A stretch of 52,966 nucleotides of DNA, the filler included, from Jimgerdemannia flammicorona (taxonomy: Eukaryota), in assembly GCA_003990765.1 (NCBI GenBank). It is 2 parts of 2 records of this genome, joined end to end, with 100 filler letters (N's around TTAATTAATTAA, not from the genome) between each part and the next. Parts side by side here need not be neighbours in the genome. Positions count along the whole stretch, not along the records: positions 1 to 26,441 come from RBNJ01000728.1; 1 more part is not named here. One strand, given 5' to 3'. Both the position numbers and the translations under genes were made by a program. The notes below the pieces were generated by a model. The model had not been told where the DNA came from, did not search any database, and saw only the letters and a program-made list of their open reading frames with translations. How positions within the stretch are numbered: the stretch's first letter is position 1; every line of letters begins with the position of its first letter. This document shows positions 12,000 to 25,255 of the stretch, piece after piece.

Positions 12000-13330
12000 C
12001 CAAGGTGAGAGTTTGAATAACCTCTTCAATTGGTAGTCTGGAGATTGCATCAGCAACAATATTTTCCTTACTAGGGTGGTACTGGATTTTGTAGTCAAAG
12101 TTGGTGAGGACTTTCATCCATCTGGCTTGCTTTCGAGAAAGGGTAGCCTGTGTTTTGATATTGACTAATGATTTGTGGTCAGTCAATACGGTAAAGTGTG
12201 CTCCTTCTAGGTAGGGTCACTATTTGATCAGAGTATCTACGATGGCTAGCATTTCCTTCTCGTGGGTTGTATAGTTAATTTCAGCATCATTGAACTTGTG
12301 GGAGTGATAGGCCACAGGGTATCCTTCTTGCATGAGTACTGCTCCAAGGGCTAGATCAGAGGCATCAGTGGTAACTTCATATGACAGTACAGGGTTTGCT
12401 ACTTGAAGTACTAGAGTGGTTATCAGGGCATCCTTTAGTACTTGAAAGGCAGTATCTTGCTCAGGTCCCCAAGTTACAAGATTGTTGAAGTCTTTCTCTT
12501 GTTTTATAGTCCAGGGTTGTTCTTGTTTCTTGCTATGCTTGGTCATTTGGGTGAGAGCAGTAGCAATTTTAGCAAAGTTGGCAACAAATCGCCTGTAATA
12601 GTTTGCTAATCCCAGGAATGACTGGAGGTCTTTCAGCTTTTTGGGTCTGGGCCAATCCTTGATTGTAGAGATTTTGCTGGAGTCCACTTTGATTCCATTT
12701 GGGGTAATGATGTGTCCAAGGAATTGAATTTCTTTCAGGAGAAATTCGCACTTGCTGAGTTTTGCAAAGAGTCAGTTTTCTCGGAGTTTCAGTAGTACTA
12801 GTTCAAGGTATTCAAGATGTTCCTCCAGAGTTTTGCTGAAGACTAGGATGTCATCAATGTAGACAACAATGAATTTGTCTAGGTATGGGTGCAGGATAGT
12901 ATTCATCAGGGTCTAGAAGGTTGCAGGAGTATTAGTTAAGCAAAAGGGCATAACCAGGAACTCAAAGTATCCATAGCGAGTTCAGAAAGCTGTCTTGTAG
13001 ATGTCTTCTTCTTTCATAGCAATTTGCCAGTAACCATTTCACAGGTCAAAGGAGCTCATGAATTGTGGATTGGTGAGCCTATTGAATATTTCATTGATCC
13101 TTGGTAGTGGGCAACAGTTCTTGATGGTCTATTCATTGAGATCATAGTAGTCAATGAACATTCGCAGGTCTTTTCCTTTTTTGACAACAAAGAGGACCAG
13201 TGCGCCATAGGGTGATACACTGGGTCTAATGAATTCTTGTTCTAGGAGTTCATCAATTTCCTTCTTGAGTGCATCAATTTCTCTCGGAGATATGTGGTAG
13301 ATTGACTTGAAGGCTGGTTTGGCATCTGAG
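12000..13330 (-). pseudogene. Reverse transcriptase and RNase H
   Basis: [81 protein letters not shown]. Confidence 0.92.
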
Positions 13331-13619
13331 ATAGTCTTGATTGCATGGTCTACTGCTCATTTGGGAGGTGAGCTTTTTCAGGAATATGTCTTGAAATTTC
13401 TGGAGTAGTGGTCTGACATGGCTGTCAACTTTGGAAAAATCTTCTTCAGAGTTCTCAGGTTCTCCTTTGGATGGACAGATGGAGATAGCGAAGAGAGGGC
13501 ATTTCTTGGCCAATTTCTTAAGTTGTAGCTTATTGATGTAGGTGATCTTTAGTCCAGGGTCACTAGAATTAAGTGGGTCCTTTTTGCCTTGCAGTTTGAA
13601 GTTGTGGCGTCCTTTCTTG

Positions 13620-13960
13620 ATGGTCAGAGAATGGTTTACCTAATCAATCATGGGGTTCTCTTGTTTCAATCATGGAGTTCTAAGGATGATTTCATTGTCA
13701 GGAAGTGGTACAATTTGGAGAGTAACATGTACTTGGTAGTCTTCAATTCAGAAAGGTAGATTGCAGACTTCTTTGCTAATAACATGTGAGGTTTCATCAG
13801 CTATAGCAACTGCTTGAGTTTGCTGTACTAGAGAGGTGAAGACCTTGAGTCTGTTGGCTGTCTCTTCATTGATGAAGTTGCCTGAGGCACCACTGTCTAT
13901 CATAATCTTGACAGGTGCTCGGTTGACAAAAGCCTTAAGTGTGAGCAGTTTGTCTGATCT
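13620..13960 (-). pseudogene. Retropepsin-type aspartic protease
   Basis: VKIMIDSGASGNFI ... IIL.TPW..QENPMIDW; second copy ~20880-21210 on plus (NSGA). Confidence 0.85.
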
Positions 13961-14169
13961 AATGATGGTGATTTTAGTTGTAGGAGCTTTTCTTCTATTG
14001 GTTCTTCTTTGTACCAGTTCATTGATACAAGAGAAGCAATCATCAATCATTCGGGAAGAGTACATTCCAATGCCATGAGGGCATCGGCCACTTGGTACAT
14101 ATCCATCTTCGATCTTCTTATAGAATTGTTCTTCTTTGCTCATGGTAGGTTGGGCTGGGGTCTTGTTTG

Positions 14170-14590
14170 ATGAGCCAAATCCTTTGGATTCTCAGATTCT
14201 CAGATGGTGGGCAGTAGTTCAGGGACTTCCTTGACTGTCAGGGTTGACTCGATTTTTTCGAATAAGATCTGGGCAATGCAGAAACCAATAGGGATCTTGA
14301 AGGGTGTCCAACTGTGGTTTCGAATGAGGACAATGATTTCACCTGTATAATCTTCATCAATAACTCCTCCTTCTACTGAGAGTTCTTTCAATGCTAGGCT
14401 GCTGTGACAGCATATTCTTCCAATATGTCCTTCAGGAATTTGGATACTAATTTCTGTATAGACTTGCTTGACTTCTCAGTTGGAAACTGTAGCTTCTTCA
14501 GCTGTATACAGGTCATATCCAGCTGCTTTTTGACTTCCTTTGGTTGGGGCCTTAGCAGTTTATCTTAACTTGACAAAGTTTAATGTTCTG
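14170..14590 (-). pseudogene. Trimeric dUTPase domain between Gag zinc knuckle and protease
   Basis: Motifs AAGYDL, GRI..SSLA, GVIDEDYTGEI, IAQILF, R.SKGFGSS; second copy ~20255-20660 on plus. Confidence 0.9.
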
Positions 14591-14649
14591 GTGGTCAGGT
14601 TGTTGAGATGGTGCAGAGTGGTAACAGTTGCTCATGTTACTGTTTGGAG

Positions 14650-15700
14650 TTTTCAGTTAGGGCAGGCACTGGCCATGTATCCTGTCTTTTGGCAATAGAA
14701 GCATGCTCCACTTCTTCAAAGTTCATTCCTTTCACCTTCAGTGAGTTTTTTGAAGGTGCTTGGCTGAGTGGGTTCATGATTTCTAGGTGTCCAAGAGATG
14801 GATGTGGAGGGAGCTTGAGATACTTCATGCTTGGGTTCTTCTTTCTTGGTCCAAGTCTTTTCCTTGTTGTTGAATTGTCTTCAGGGCAGAATTGGTCCGG
14901 CTGTTAGGATTCACTTGACCATAGTCTTGATTCTTGCCAGGCACCATTGTTGGTGGTCACAACCAACTGGACAGCCTTGTTCTCGGATTTTTCTAGTAAG
15001 CCATTCAGGTAGGGCATCAAATAAATGGTCTGCTCTTATACCATTTTGTGCTTCATTGTTGGTAATATATCCTAGACCAACAGTGTTCAGGAGTGACTCA
15101 AGTTTTATACAGAAGGTTTCAAATTCTTCTTTGCTATGTATATCAAATTTGAGGTTGCGAAGTTTTACTTGGGATTCAGTGATTATGGTTTCGCTGTGGT
15201 ATTGGGCAATCATGAGTTGTTTGAGTCCAGGGGCTGCAGAATGGGCTCCATATCCTAGGGCATTGTTTGCTGCATTCTGAGCAACTACTGCAGGTTGGAT
15301 ATCCCATGTGAGGGGTTTTTCAGGAAGGGTTTACCACCATTCTTTGGCAGGTTCTCAGAAGAATGTAACAACTTGGCAGATATAGGCTGTAGTGGTAGCA
15401 AAGAGTTGTTCCAGAGTGTGGTCTTGATTGTTTGTCAGAACGCGGTCAGCAACTCGCTCATTTGTCCATTGATTGACTTCAAAGTTGGTGTCAACTACAC
15501 TAATGAAGCTTTGAACTTCTTGTGCAGTACCATTGAAGGTAGGTAGGCTCAGATTTTTGGTAGGTCAGGTCTGTTCAGCTAAGGCAGTAATGGTTGCTGC
15601 CATTATGGCTACCTAGGCTGTGAGGTCTAGAATCTGTTGGTTTGCCATATTGTTTACTGGAGGCAGTTGGACTGCTAGTAGTGGTATTACTGGTACTACT
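14650..15700 (-). pseudogene. Gag with CCHC zinc knuckle
   Basis: LPTFNGT.QEVQSF.. capsid-like start; C-F-Y-C-QKTG-H-MASA-C knuckle (consensus of two copies); second copy ~19100-20180 on plus. Confidence 0.75.
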
Positions 15701-16602
15701 TGAGGTATTGGTGCAGAGTGTGATGGGGTTCTTTGGGTCTGTGTAAGTTGCTGGAGTAATAGTTGTGGATCTGGAGTAGGGGCTTGATAGATAGCTGTTT
15801 GTTACTGAGTAGGTGTATTCTGTCCTAATGGAAGGGCATCTCCTTCGGTGGTGTATCTGGGATCAAATTCACTGAGATACTCCTCCTCTTCTTCAGTTTG
15901 GTCTCTGTGTAATTGGGTTTGCTCAGCATCAAAGTAGACAGAATCAGTTGTATATCTGATTTCAGATGGACTTAATTCAAAGTCAAGTTCAGGTTTAGTA
16001 TTGGTTTCAGATTTAGGTAGGGCTGTAGCAGGGCCTGCTTTAGGTTTGGGGTCAGGTAGTTGATGAAGGGTTTCTCTTGCTTCTTCTTTAAGAATATAGC
16101 AGGCCTTGCTGTTCTGGAATCAGTAGTATAATGTGCTGGTATGGCGAAAATCAGTAGAGTTGAGCCACTTGGCTACAGAGGCTTGGGCTTTATGAGGAAC
16201 TAAGGCTAGAAAGACTGCTGCTGGTTGTCCTAGGTCACTCAGATTTGTGGAGCTGACAAAACTCTTGTTGAGAAAAGTAAAGAAGGCTTCAATAAGACCT
16301 TCTTCATCTTGACTTGCTGGGTGTAGTGCAAGGAGTTCGGTGAATAGAGTTTCGCCTATTTGTTGGTTTAACCAGAGTACTTCTTTCTTTGAATGAAGTT
16401 TGTCCCACTTGTTGTAGGTGTGGAGGTCAAATTGTCCTTGTATATCAGGTTCAATTCTCTTCAGATTATCAGATGGTTCAGGATAAATTCCAGTTCAGAG
16501 GTTGGGCTTTATACCAACTTGTAGGAATTCTCAGAAGGGTTTGTAGTGGGGTGAGGAAGTATCTTGAAGCGGAATTGGATTGTAAAACTGATACTATCAA
16601 GT

Positions 16603-18652
16603 TGTAAGAGGGTTGCTTTTTAGAGTAACCATTACATAGTTCTAGAAGGGTTTTCTGGAAGTTCTGAATATTCTAGAAGACTGTTTTCTTATAATCAAGA
16701 TCAATTTCATATGGAGTATATCCTCTATGCTTATTGATTTCAAGATCAGGTTGATGTCTCAACCAAAGTCCTTTTTCGGACTAGTTCTGGATGTTCAGGA
16801 TTTTCCATATTTCAGGAAGTTCAAGAAACTAAGACCAGCTTAGTTGAATTGGCGTATTGCTGCAGACAATACCCAATTAGGAAATTTCATAATGGGGTTA
16901 GGAGTGGGACCTGATGGGGAGTGGATTTACTTAAGAGTAGTTTGTGGGTTATTAAATAGGTTTATTCGCTATTCATGATATTGCTATACTAGGAGTAGTT
17001 GTATAAAGGGATATTGTGGAGAAGTATTCAGAAATGTTCTTGTGTATTCGAGTCTGAGATTCTGAGGTCTGGGGGAGAGGGTATTTATACTAGTGAGAGG
17101 CTATCTGGACTATGCTAGATATGGATGTAGCACTAAGTACTTTGCTGAGTCGGAATCCAGTCACATAGTACAAGTGTGATCTGATATGTCAAGAGATCAT
17201 CTGACTGCTGAGTCAGTTCACAGTCATGTCATATAAGGCTAATCTAACTATACTATGACTGCTTAGACTATTTATAGGTTTAGGCACTGTCTGGGTAGTC
17301 CTCGATGACATCACCATCAATTGCATCATCTCTGATGAAGTAGTCATCTAGGAAGAGTGGTTCGCAGATTACCTCTCCTTGTTCACTGAGGTAATAATAC
17401 ATTGGAACTTCATCTCCATCCCACAAGATGGCATCATCAGTGTTATATGCTGGATAAGGTGTTGGTGGGCAAAGGAGGAGTGCATCATCCTCATTTTCAT
17501 CAGATTTGCTGTCTGCATACCTTCTGTAGGTTACAGTACTATGAGTCATGGGGTTGTAGTAAGCTGGTGGTTGTGGTTCATGTTGCTCATACTTGGGTAG
17601 TGGAGTGGTTGGTTCAATCTCGAGGGTTGTCTGAAGGTACAGGTTGTGTTCTCCAGTCTCTTCATTGTAGTTGAAGTAATTAGGGGTGAATACAGATTGA
17701 TATTCATGCCAGTGGTCATTGTCCCAATAAGTCTCGTATGTTGTTATGAATTGTTATAAGTTCATTGGCAAGGTTGGTGGTGTGATCAGGGTTGGCAGAG
17801 ATCCTTGGCTAGAGGTCATATTGGTGTCAGAGGGATCATTGTCTTCTGCTTCATCTTCATCGAAGTAGATTATATCATAGATGTCATTCATGGCATATCC
17901 AACTTGGGGCATTTGCAGGATATGATCATTGGGGTATGGGAAGGTTCTGTCTGTGGTTTTGACATACTCGAGGTACTTGTGGTTGAGTTCTTGTATCATG
18001 TCATTGATTTGGCCATAGGACAGGGTAGCAACCATTTCGGCTATAGTAACTCAGAGGTAGGGAATAATGGTGCTTTATTTATAGAAGAGTTCTCAATGTT
18101 TGTGGGCAATGAGCTTCTGGTGTTAAGACATCTGGGTAATGTCTATATCATGGTAGTGTTCGATCATATCTTCCAGGAGGTGGCTGATCTGGTAGTAGCT
18201 TGAGATTTGTCTGATTTGGTGGGTCTCGCTAAGTATATTCAGAGCATTCCATTGGGCTTTCACAAAGTAGAGGAGTGCTAGACTATGGATATTCATGAGG
18301 GGCAGAGGGGGTGTGGCTCGGTTGATAATGGTATTCCAAATGTCAGTATGGATACAGTGGTCATGTTTGTGTGTTTGGAAGTTGTAGTTGTTGTTTGTTT
18401 TGGTTCTCTAATTTGATGTGTCTCAGTGCTTGGTATATATACATTTGATCCTGATTGGTAAGATTTCATTTGTATAAATCTTGTGTTCTGTGACTTCATA
18501 TTGACTCAGCTTTGTGCACTGTGACTTTGGTTTGACTCAGCTTCATGATCAAGCAGGTAATTTTCAGATTTGTTCAGAGGTCACATGTGATTTCAGTGGC
18601 TTGTTCAGAGGGTAATGTGTAATTTCAGTAGCTTGGAGGTTGTGCGCTTATA
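16603..18652 (-). repeat. 5' LTR subtype A (2050 bp)
   Basis: Collinear with 8344-10410; PBS-like sequence adjacent at ~16588-16600. Confidence 0.9.
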
Positions 18653-21619
18653 CAAGTGGCTCAACTCTACCAACTTTCACCATACTAGGACCAAGACTGC
18701 ACTATATGTACTACCGATTCCAGAACAACAAGGCCCACCATATCCTTAAAGAAGAAGCAAGAGAAACTCTTCATCAACTATCTGACCCCAAACCTGAAGT
18801 AGGCCCTGCTACAGCTCTACCTGAATCTGAAACTAATACTGAACCTGAACTTGACTTTGAATTAAGTCTGTCTGAAATCAGATATACAACTGATTCTGTC
18901 TACTTTGATACTGAGTAAACCCAATTACATGGGAACCAAATCAAAGAGGAGGAGGAGTATCTTAGTGAATTTGATCCTGGATACACCAGCGAAGGAGAAG
19001 CACCTCCATCAGGACAGAATATACCTACACAGTAACAAATAGCTATCTATCAAGCCCTTACTCCAGACCTACAACTACTACTCCAACAACTTACATAGAT
19101 TCAAAGAACACCCTCACACTCTGCACCAGTATCTCAAGTAGTACCAGTAACACTACTACCAGTAGTCCAACTGTCTCCAGTAAACAATATGGTGAACCAA
19201 CAGATTCTAGACCTCACAGCCCAAGTAGTGATAATGGCAGCAACCATTACTGCCCTAGCTGAACAGACCTGACCTACCAAAAATCTGAGCCTACCTACCT
19301 TCAATGGTACTGTACAAGAAGTCCAAAGCTTCATTAGTATAGTAGACACCAACTTCGAAGCCAATCAATGGACCAATTAGTGAGTTTCTGACCACATTCT
19401 GACAAACAATCAAGACCACACTCTGGAACAACTCTTTGCTACCACTACAGCCTATGTCCACTAAGTTGTTACATTCTTCTGAGGACCTGCTGAAGAATGG
19501 TGGTGAACCCTTCCTAAAAAACCCCTCACATAGAATACCTGACCTGCAGTAGTTGCACAGAATGCAGCAAATAATGCCCCAGAATATGGAGCCCATCCTG
19601 CAGCCCCTGGACTCAAACAACTCATGATTGCTCAATACTATAGTGAAACTATGATCGCTGAATCCCAAGTAAAACTCTGCAACCTCAAATTTGATGTACA
19701 TGGCAAAGAAGAATTCAAAACCTTCTGTACAAAACTCGAGTCACTCCTGAACACTGTTGGCCTAGGATATATCGCCAATGATGAAGTATGAAATAGTACA
19801 AGAGCAGACCATTTATTCAATGCCCTGCCTGAATGGCTTACTAGAAAAATCCAAGAACAAGGCTACCCAGTTAGTTGTAATCACCAACAATGGTGCCTGG
19901 CAAGAATCAAGACTATGGTCAAGTGAATCTTAATAGCTGGACCAATTCTGCCCCAAAGACAATTCAACAACAAGAAAAAGACTTAGACCAAGAAAGAAGA
20001 ACCCAAGTATGAAGCATCCTGAGCTCCCTCCACATCCACCTCTTGGACACCCAGAAGTCATGAACCCACCCAGCCAAGTACCTTCAAGAAACTCACTGAA
20101 GGCAAAAGGAATGAACTTTGAAGAAGCAGAGTATGCTTCTATTGCCAAAAAACAGGACACATGGCCAGTGCCTACTCTAACCGAAAACTCTGAACAACAA
20201 CATGAGCAACTGTTACCACTCTGCACCACCTCAACAACCTGACCACCAGAATACTAGACTTTGTCAAGTTAAGGCAAACTGCCAAGACCCCAACCAAAGG
20301 AAGTCAAAAAGCAGCTGGATATGATCTGTATGTAGCTGAAGAAGCTACAGTTTCCAACTGAGAAGTCAAGTAAGTCTATACAGGAATCAGTATCCAAATT
20401 CCTGAGAGACATGTTGGAAGAATATGCTGTTGCAGTAGCCTAGTATTGAAGGGACTCTCAGTAGAAGGAGGAGTCATTGATGAGGATTATACAGGCGAAA
20501 TTATTGTCCTCATCCAAAACTATAGTTGGACACTCTTCAAGATCTCTATAGGTTTCTGCATTGCCCAGATCCTATTTGAAAAAATCGAGTCAACCCTGAC
20601 AGTCAAGGAAGTCCCTGAACTACTACCTACCATCCAAGGATCCAAAGGATTTGGCTCATTAAACAAGGCCCTAGCCCAACCTACTATGAGCAAAGAAGAA
20701 CAATTCTACAAGAAGATCAAAGACGGATATATACCAAGTGGCCGATACCCTCATGGCATTGGAATGTACTCTTCCTGAATGATTGATGATTGCTTCTCTT
20801 GTGTTAATGAACTGGCACAAAGAAGAACCAACAGAAGGAAAGCTCCTACAACTGAAATCACCACCATTGGATCAGACAAACTTCTTATACTTAAAGCTTT
20901 TGTCAACCAAGTACCTGTCAAGATTATGATAAACAGTGGTGCCTCAGGCAACTTTATTAATGAAGAAACAGCCAATAGACTCAAGATCTTTATCTCTTCA
21001 GTACAACAAACTCAAGCAGTTGCCACAGCTGATGGAACCTCACATGTTATTAGCAAGGAAGTCTGCAACCTACTCTTCTGAATTGGAGACTACCAAGTAC
21101 ATGTTACTCTCTAGATCGTACCACTCCCTGATAATGAAATCATCCTTAGAACCCCATGGTTGAAACAAGAGAACCCCATGATTGATTGGATAAACCATTC
21201 TCTGACTATCAAGAAAGGATGTCATAACTTCAAACTATAAGGCAAAAAGGACCCACTCAATTCTAGTGACCCTGGACCAAAGATCACCCACATCAACAAG
21301 CTACAACTTAAGAAATTGGCCAAGAAATGCCCTCTCTTTGCCATCTCCATCCGCCTATCCAAAGGAGAACCTGAGAACTCTGAAGAAGATTTTTCCAAAG
21401 TTGACAGCCATGTCAGATCACTACTCCAGAAAGCCTGAGATACATTTCTGAACCAAACCACAGAACCATCTATATCTGTCATTATTAATAATCAAGAAGA
21501 ATACAAAGTTGAACAAATTCTCAACAAATATAGTCAGAAGAACCATCCAAATGGTACAACAACACCAGAACAAATTAGAAGGCCCTGACAAGAATGTCAA
21601 AAGCTAAGAAGGGGAGAGT

Positions 21620-23112
21620 TATAAGCACACAACCTCCAAGCCACTAAAATCGTATAGCATTCTCAGAACTAATTTAGAAACCACATGCAAGACTACAAAA
21701 CAAGTTACTGAAGAGATCATCTGGTTATACGAAATATGCCAGCAAGCACAAGAACCCACCACCAAGATACAAGAATACTAGAAGAAGTACTACAACCACA
21801 AGACTGACTCCAAATCACTATAACTAGTTTAGTATACTGTATTATTATAAAAGAAAACCAAAAGTATCAAACTCAAATTAAGATAAGAAGAACCCTATCT
21901 CATCTACCAAAAGGTTTATGAATTATACTTATCAACTCAAGACCAAGATACACTATGACTATATAAGATCTCATTACTTAGTAGAAGCAAAATGCATTTG
22001 AACAACTCTGTTTGCTCTATCTGTGTCACCTCTATTAGAGAGTGACAGATGCTTCATCTGAACTCAAGAAAGCCAACATCATCGAAACCAATCTCAAGCC
22101 ATCCATGTGACAGATATTACTACTAGAAATTGCCTTAAATTATAGAAAATATCATTTCTGAGAGGTTTGAACCCCCAGCCATGACATTGGGAGCTCTCGT
22201 CCTAGATGAGAATGGCCAGTCCTCACAAATACACTAGCAGACCAAAAAAAAAGAGAACCAAGACCTGTTATCCTTATACAACCACTGCCACTAAGAACAG
22301 CCTTAATCTTGCAAGAGATAGAAGTGACAACACCTTGAAACTGATGATATCAGAAGTCAGAAAACTGCTCAGACTTTGCCAGCAATGATGTCATCAATAG
22401 TGATATCATCAAAGACTACTCAGACAGTGTCTAAACCTATAAATAGCTTAGCAGTCATAATATAGTTAGATTAGCCTTATACAATATAACTGTGAACTGA
22501 CTCAGCAATCAGATGATTTCTTGATATATCAGATTACTCTTGTACTATATGACTGCATTCCGACTCAGTAAGGCACTTAGTACTACATCCATATTTAGCA
22601 TAGTCCAGATAGCCCCTTACTAGTATAAATACCCCCTCCCCCAGACCTCAGAATCTCAGACCTAAACAATCTGAACACAACTTCTAAGTACTTTCCCACA
22701 ATACCTCTTGACACAACTACTCCTAGTATAGCAATATCATAAATAGTGAATAAACCTATTTAATAACCCACAAACCACTCTTAAGTAAATCTATTTCCTG
22801 TTAGGTCCTATTCCTAACTCCATCATGAAATTTCCTAATTGGGTATTATCTGCAGTGATATGCCAATTCAACTAAGCTGGTCTTAGTTTCTTGAACTTCC
22901 TGAAATATGGAAAATCCTGAACATCTAGAACTAGTCCAAAAAAGGACTTTGGTTGAGATGTCAATCTGATCTTGAAATCAATAAGCATAGAGGACATACT
23001 CTATATGAAATTGATCTTGACCATAAGAAAACAGTCTTTCAGAATATCCAGAACTTTCCAAAAACCCTTTCAGAACTACGTAATGGTTACTCTAAAAAGC
23101 AAACCTCTTACA
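21620..23112 (+). repeat. 3' LTR subtype B
   Basis: Follows PPT; TATAAG...CTTACA; followed by TSD TTCCA. Confidence 0.9.
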
Positions 23113-23560
23113 TTCCACATTATATATCTTCTAGAATATATATAATCTCATTTTTAGAAAATCCTGACTTATGTATAAAAACCTCTATATTGACTGATGA
23201 ACTAATATAATCTCTTTAGGAAATATCAAGTTACAACTAGAATATATTAAGAAGAAAATAAAATCCAAATATAATATTATCTTTACTATCTAAACAAAAA
23301 AGCTAATTTAAAAACTAGATAAATATATATATCTATATATATATATACTATTAAGGAATCATTAGTGAATAATAATGATAAGAATGATAATCTTTCTGAG
23401 TTACTAAAGGATAAAGATGATGAAGAAAATAATCTCTAAAAACTACTTAAGAAATATAAAGATATTTTTCAAAAATTCTAAAAACTACTATTTATTTGAA
23501 TAGTAGAATATAGCATTAAGACTACTTCTAGTTATCTCTTTCTCTACTATTATACTAGTT
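23113..23560 (+). mobile_element. Older gypsy protease/pre-RT relic that is the host of the nest (continuous with ~4200-4376 and 6408-6414)
   Basis: YNLIFRKS*LMYKNLYID**TN resembles YDLILGKPWL..NP.IDW.TN; LLKKYKDIF..VEYSI.T resembles pre-RT linker. Confidence 0.5.
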
Positions 23561-24300
23561 ATAAAGTTTTGGTAGGCAACCTTCTGAGTCTTTTTTTTAT
23601 AACTTATTCTCTCTTTATCTTAGGTTAATTTGTTATATCTATTACAGAATAGTGAGAGAGAGATAATAGTAATAAGTTGTCCCTTTATTAGTATCAGATC
23701 AGTACTTTCTCTACTTTTTTATAGTTTTTAATATCTTTTGCTATATCTGGAATATACTCATATTAGTGCAGTATCTTTTTCCTTTTGCTATTATTAATAA
23801 AGTATCATCTTAGTATATTATAAGCTATATAGAGAGTTAGCTGACCTTGAGCATCTAGTGTCAGTATAGGTTATCTGTAAGTTCTTAGTATCTATAGTAA
23901 AACTCTCTGAGCTTTGACAAGCTTTCTAGTAAGTACAGTTCTAGTATAGATAACTGTTTTTTAGATATTATATATTAGAATAAGAGAGAAAATAACTATT
24001 ATAGATAGATAGAAGAGTAATTATAGTAGACTAGTTGAGTGTCAGGCCAGGCTGGTGACAGTTATTAGGACTAAGATAAGTATTGTATTAGTGGGGCCTT
24101 CTGATTGATATAGAGTAATTAGGTAATAGATACTACTCTCAGCAGATCTTATCTTATACAAGATATAAAAGAAATCACCTTTTGGCTACAAAAACTCTCA
24201 GATACAATTATCCTCACTAGCATTTACTGAAACTAACTTAAGAAGTATTATAGCTAATCAATAAAGTACTACCACAGTACTCAAGATTACTAATACTATA

Positions 24301-24714
24301 CAATAAGTTATAGAAAGACAATGGTATACTATAGAGCTACCTATAATAGAGAAATCATTTAATAGTATCCAGAGTATAGTATAGATATATATACTTGTTA
24401 TAAATTTCACATTTCAAGATCTACCAGAATTAGACCAAGTTTTAAGAATACTTTAAGTTAGAATAGCTATTAAACTTACAGCCAGAGATGGAAAAAGAAG
24501 ACTGGATTAGAGAGTGTCAGCTCTCTCATACTCAAATTACTATTATCAAATAGGTTAATAAGTTGTTCAAAGATGATAAGCCAGCCTTAGCTTATTTTTG
24601 AGAAATAGTCCCAGAGACTTCAGACATATTAAGAGCTACTATTAGAAGAATATAATGATGCAAATTATACAGTACAAGGAGATACAACTTGTGGAAGCTT
24701 GGAAGTTCAAGTGA
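24301..24714 (+). pseudogene. Family-2 accessory ORF upstream of PPT, degraded copy
   Basis: IERQW.T.E.P..ISHF..EYFKL..KEDWI.ECQLSH.QITI..KLF..VEAW aligns with 26030-26440. Confidence 0.65.
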
Positions 24715-24755
24715 ATAGAATATTTCAGAGACAAATTACCTATTTAGGAGAAAAT

Positions 24756-25220
24756 TATAATAATTGATCTGAATTAGAAATATAAATCAAAGAAATAGAC
24801 ATTTGATTACAGTACTTGAATCTGATTTCCAAATATAGTATAGCCTTATAAATAGCAGTTATTTTTACAAATGTTAAAGTTTTTATAAATGTTAAAGTTT
24901 TTACAAATATTAAGATTTTACAGATATTAAATCTTGATAATTATCAAAGATTTAACAGATATTAAGAATTAATACTTATGAAAAGTGACTCACAGAAAAT
25001 ACAGCCATAACTTAGCTATCTTATAGCTAGCAAACTTGTATAAATATTCTAGTATCTAGAGTAAATAAACCTCAGATCAAAATAGTTCAAAGCAAAGAGA
25101 AAATAAGAGAACTAGTAAGCCTGTAGATAGATATACTTTGAACTCACCTATTCCTATATCCTGAAGACTCTGCAGAGTCAAAGAAGATCAAGTTTTTAAG
25201 ATATAGAAATCTAATATACT
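24756..25220 (+). repeat. Family-2 LTR (about 460 bp), degraded
   Basis: AGGAGAAAA purine tract then TATAATA (from TGTGATG); ~18-bp tandem repeats at 24862-24960; TATAAATA and AATAAA; homologous to the reverse complement of 25536-25992. Confidence 0.65.
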
Positions 25221-25255
25221 TATCTAATTATATATATATCTACTACATTATACTA

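Larger units (their letters stand above)
8344..18652 (-). mobile_element. Full-length (inactivated) chromodomain- and dUTPase-containing Ty3/gypsy element, family 1, long LTRs
   Basis: LTRs 16603-18652 (5') and 8344-10410 (3'); TSD TAAGT 8339-8343 / CAAGT 18653-18657; PPT next to 10410; complete gag-pol domain order. Confidence 0.95.
6415..23112 (+). mobile_element. Ty3/gypsy family-1 element with short (subtype B, 1493 bp) LTRs; internally deleted (gag-dUTPase-PR only) and interrupted by the nested element 8344-18652
   Basis: LTRs 6415-7907 and 21620-23112; TSD TTCCA 6410-6414 / 23113-23117; PPT AAGAAGGGGAGAG just before 21620; internal sequence 7908-8343 continues at 18653; jump from pre-RT to chromodomain region at ~21433. 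Confidence 0.9.

Noticed and set aside
23560..24120. Possible minus-strand gag fragment
   Set aside because: Strand bias suggests it, but no convincing motif could be translated.
24862..24960. Short ~18-bp repeats (also 25795-25890) as a CRISPR-like array
   Set aside because: Directly tandem, degenerate, no unique spacers, inside an LTR U3 in eukaryotic DNA; no cas genes.
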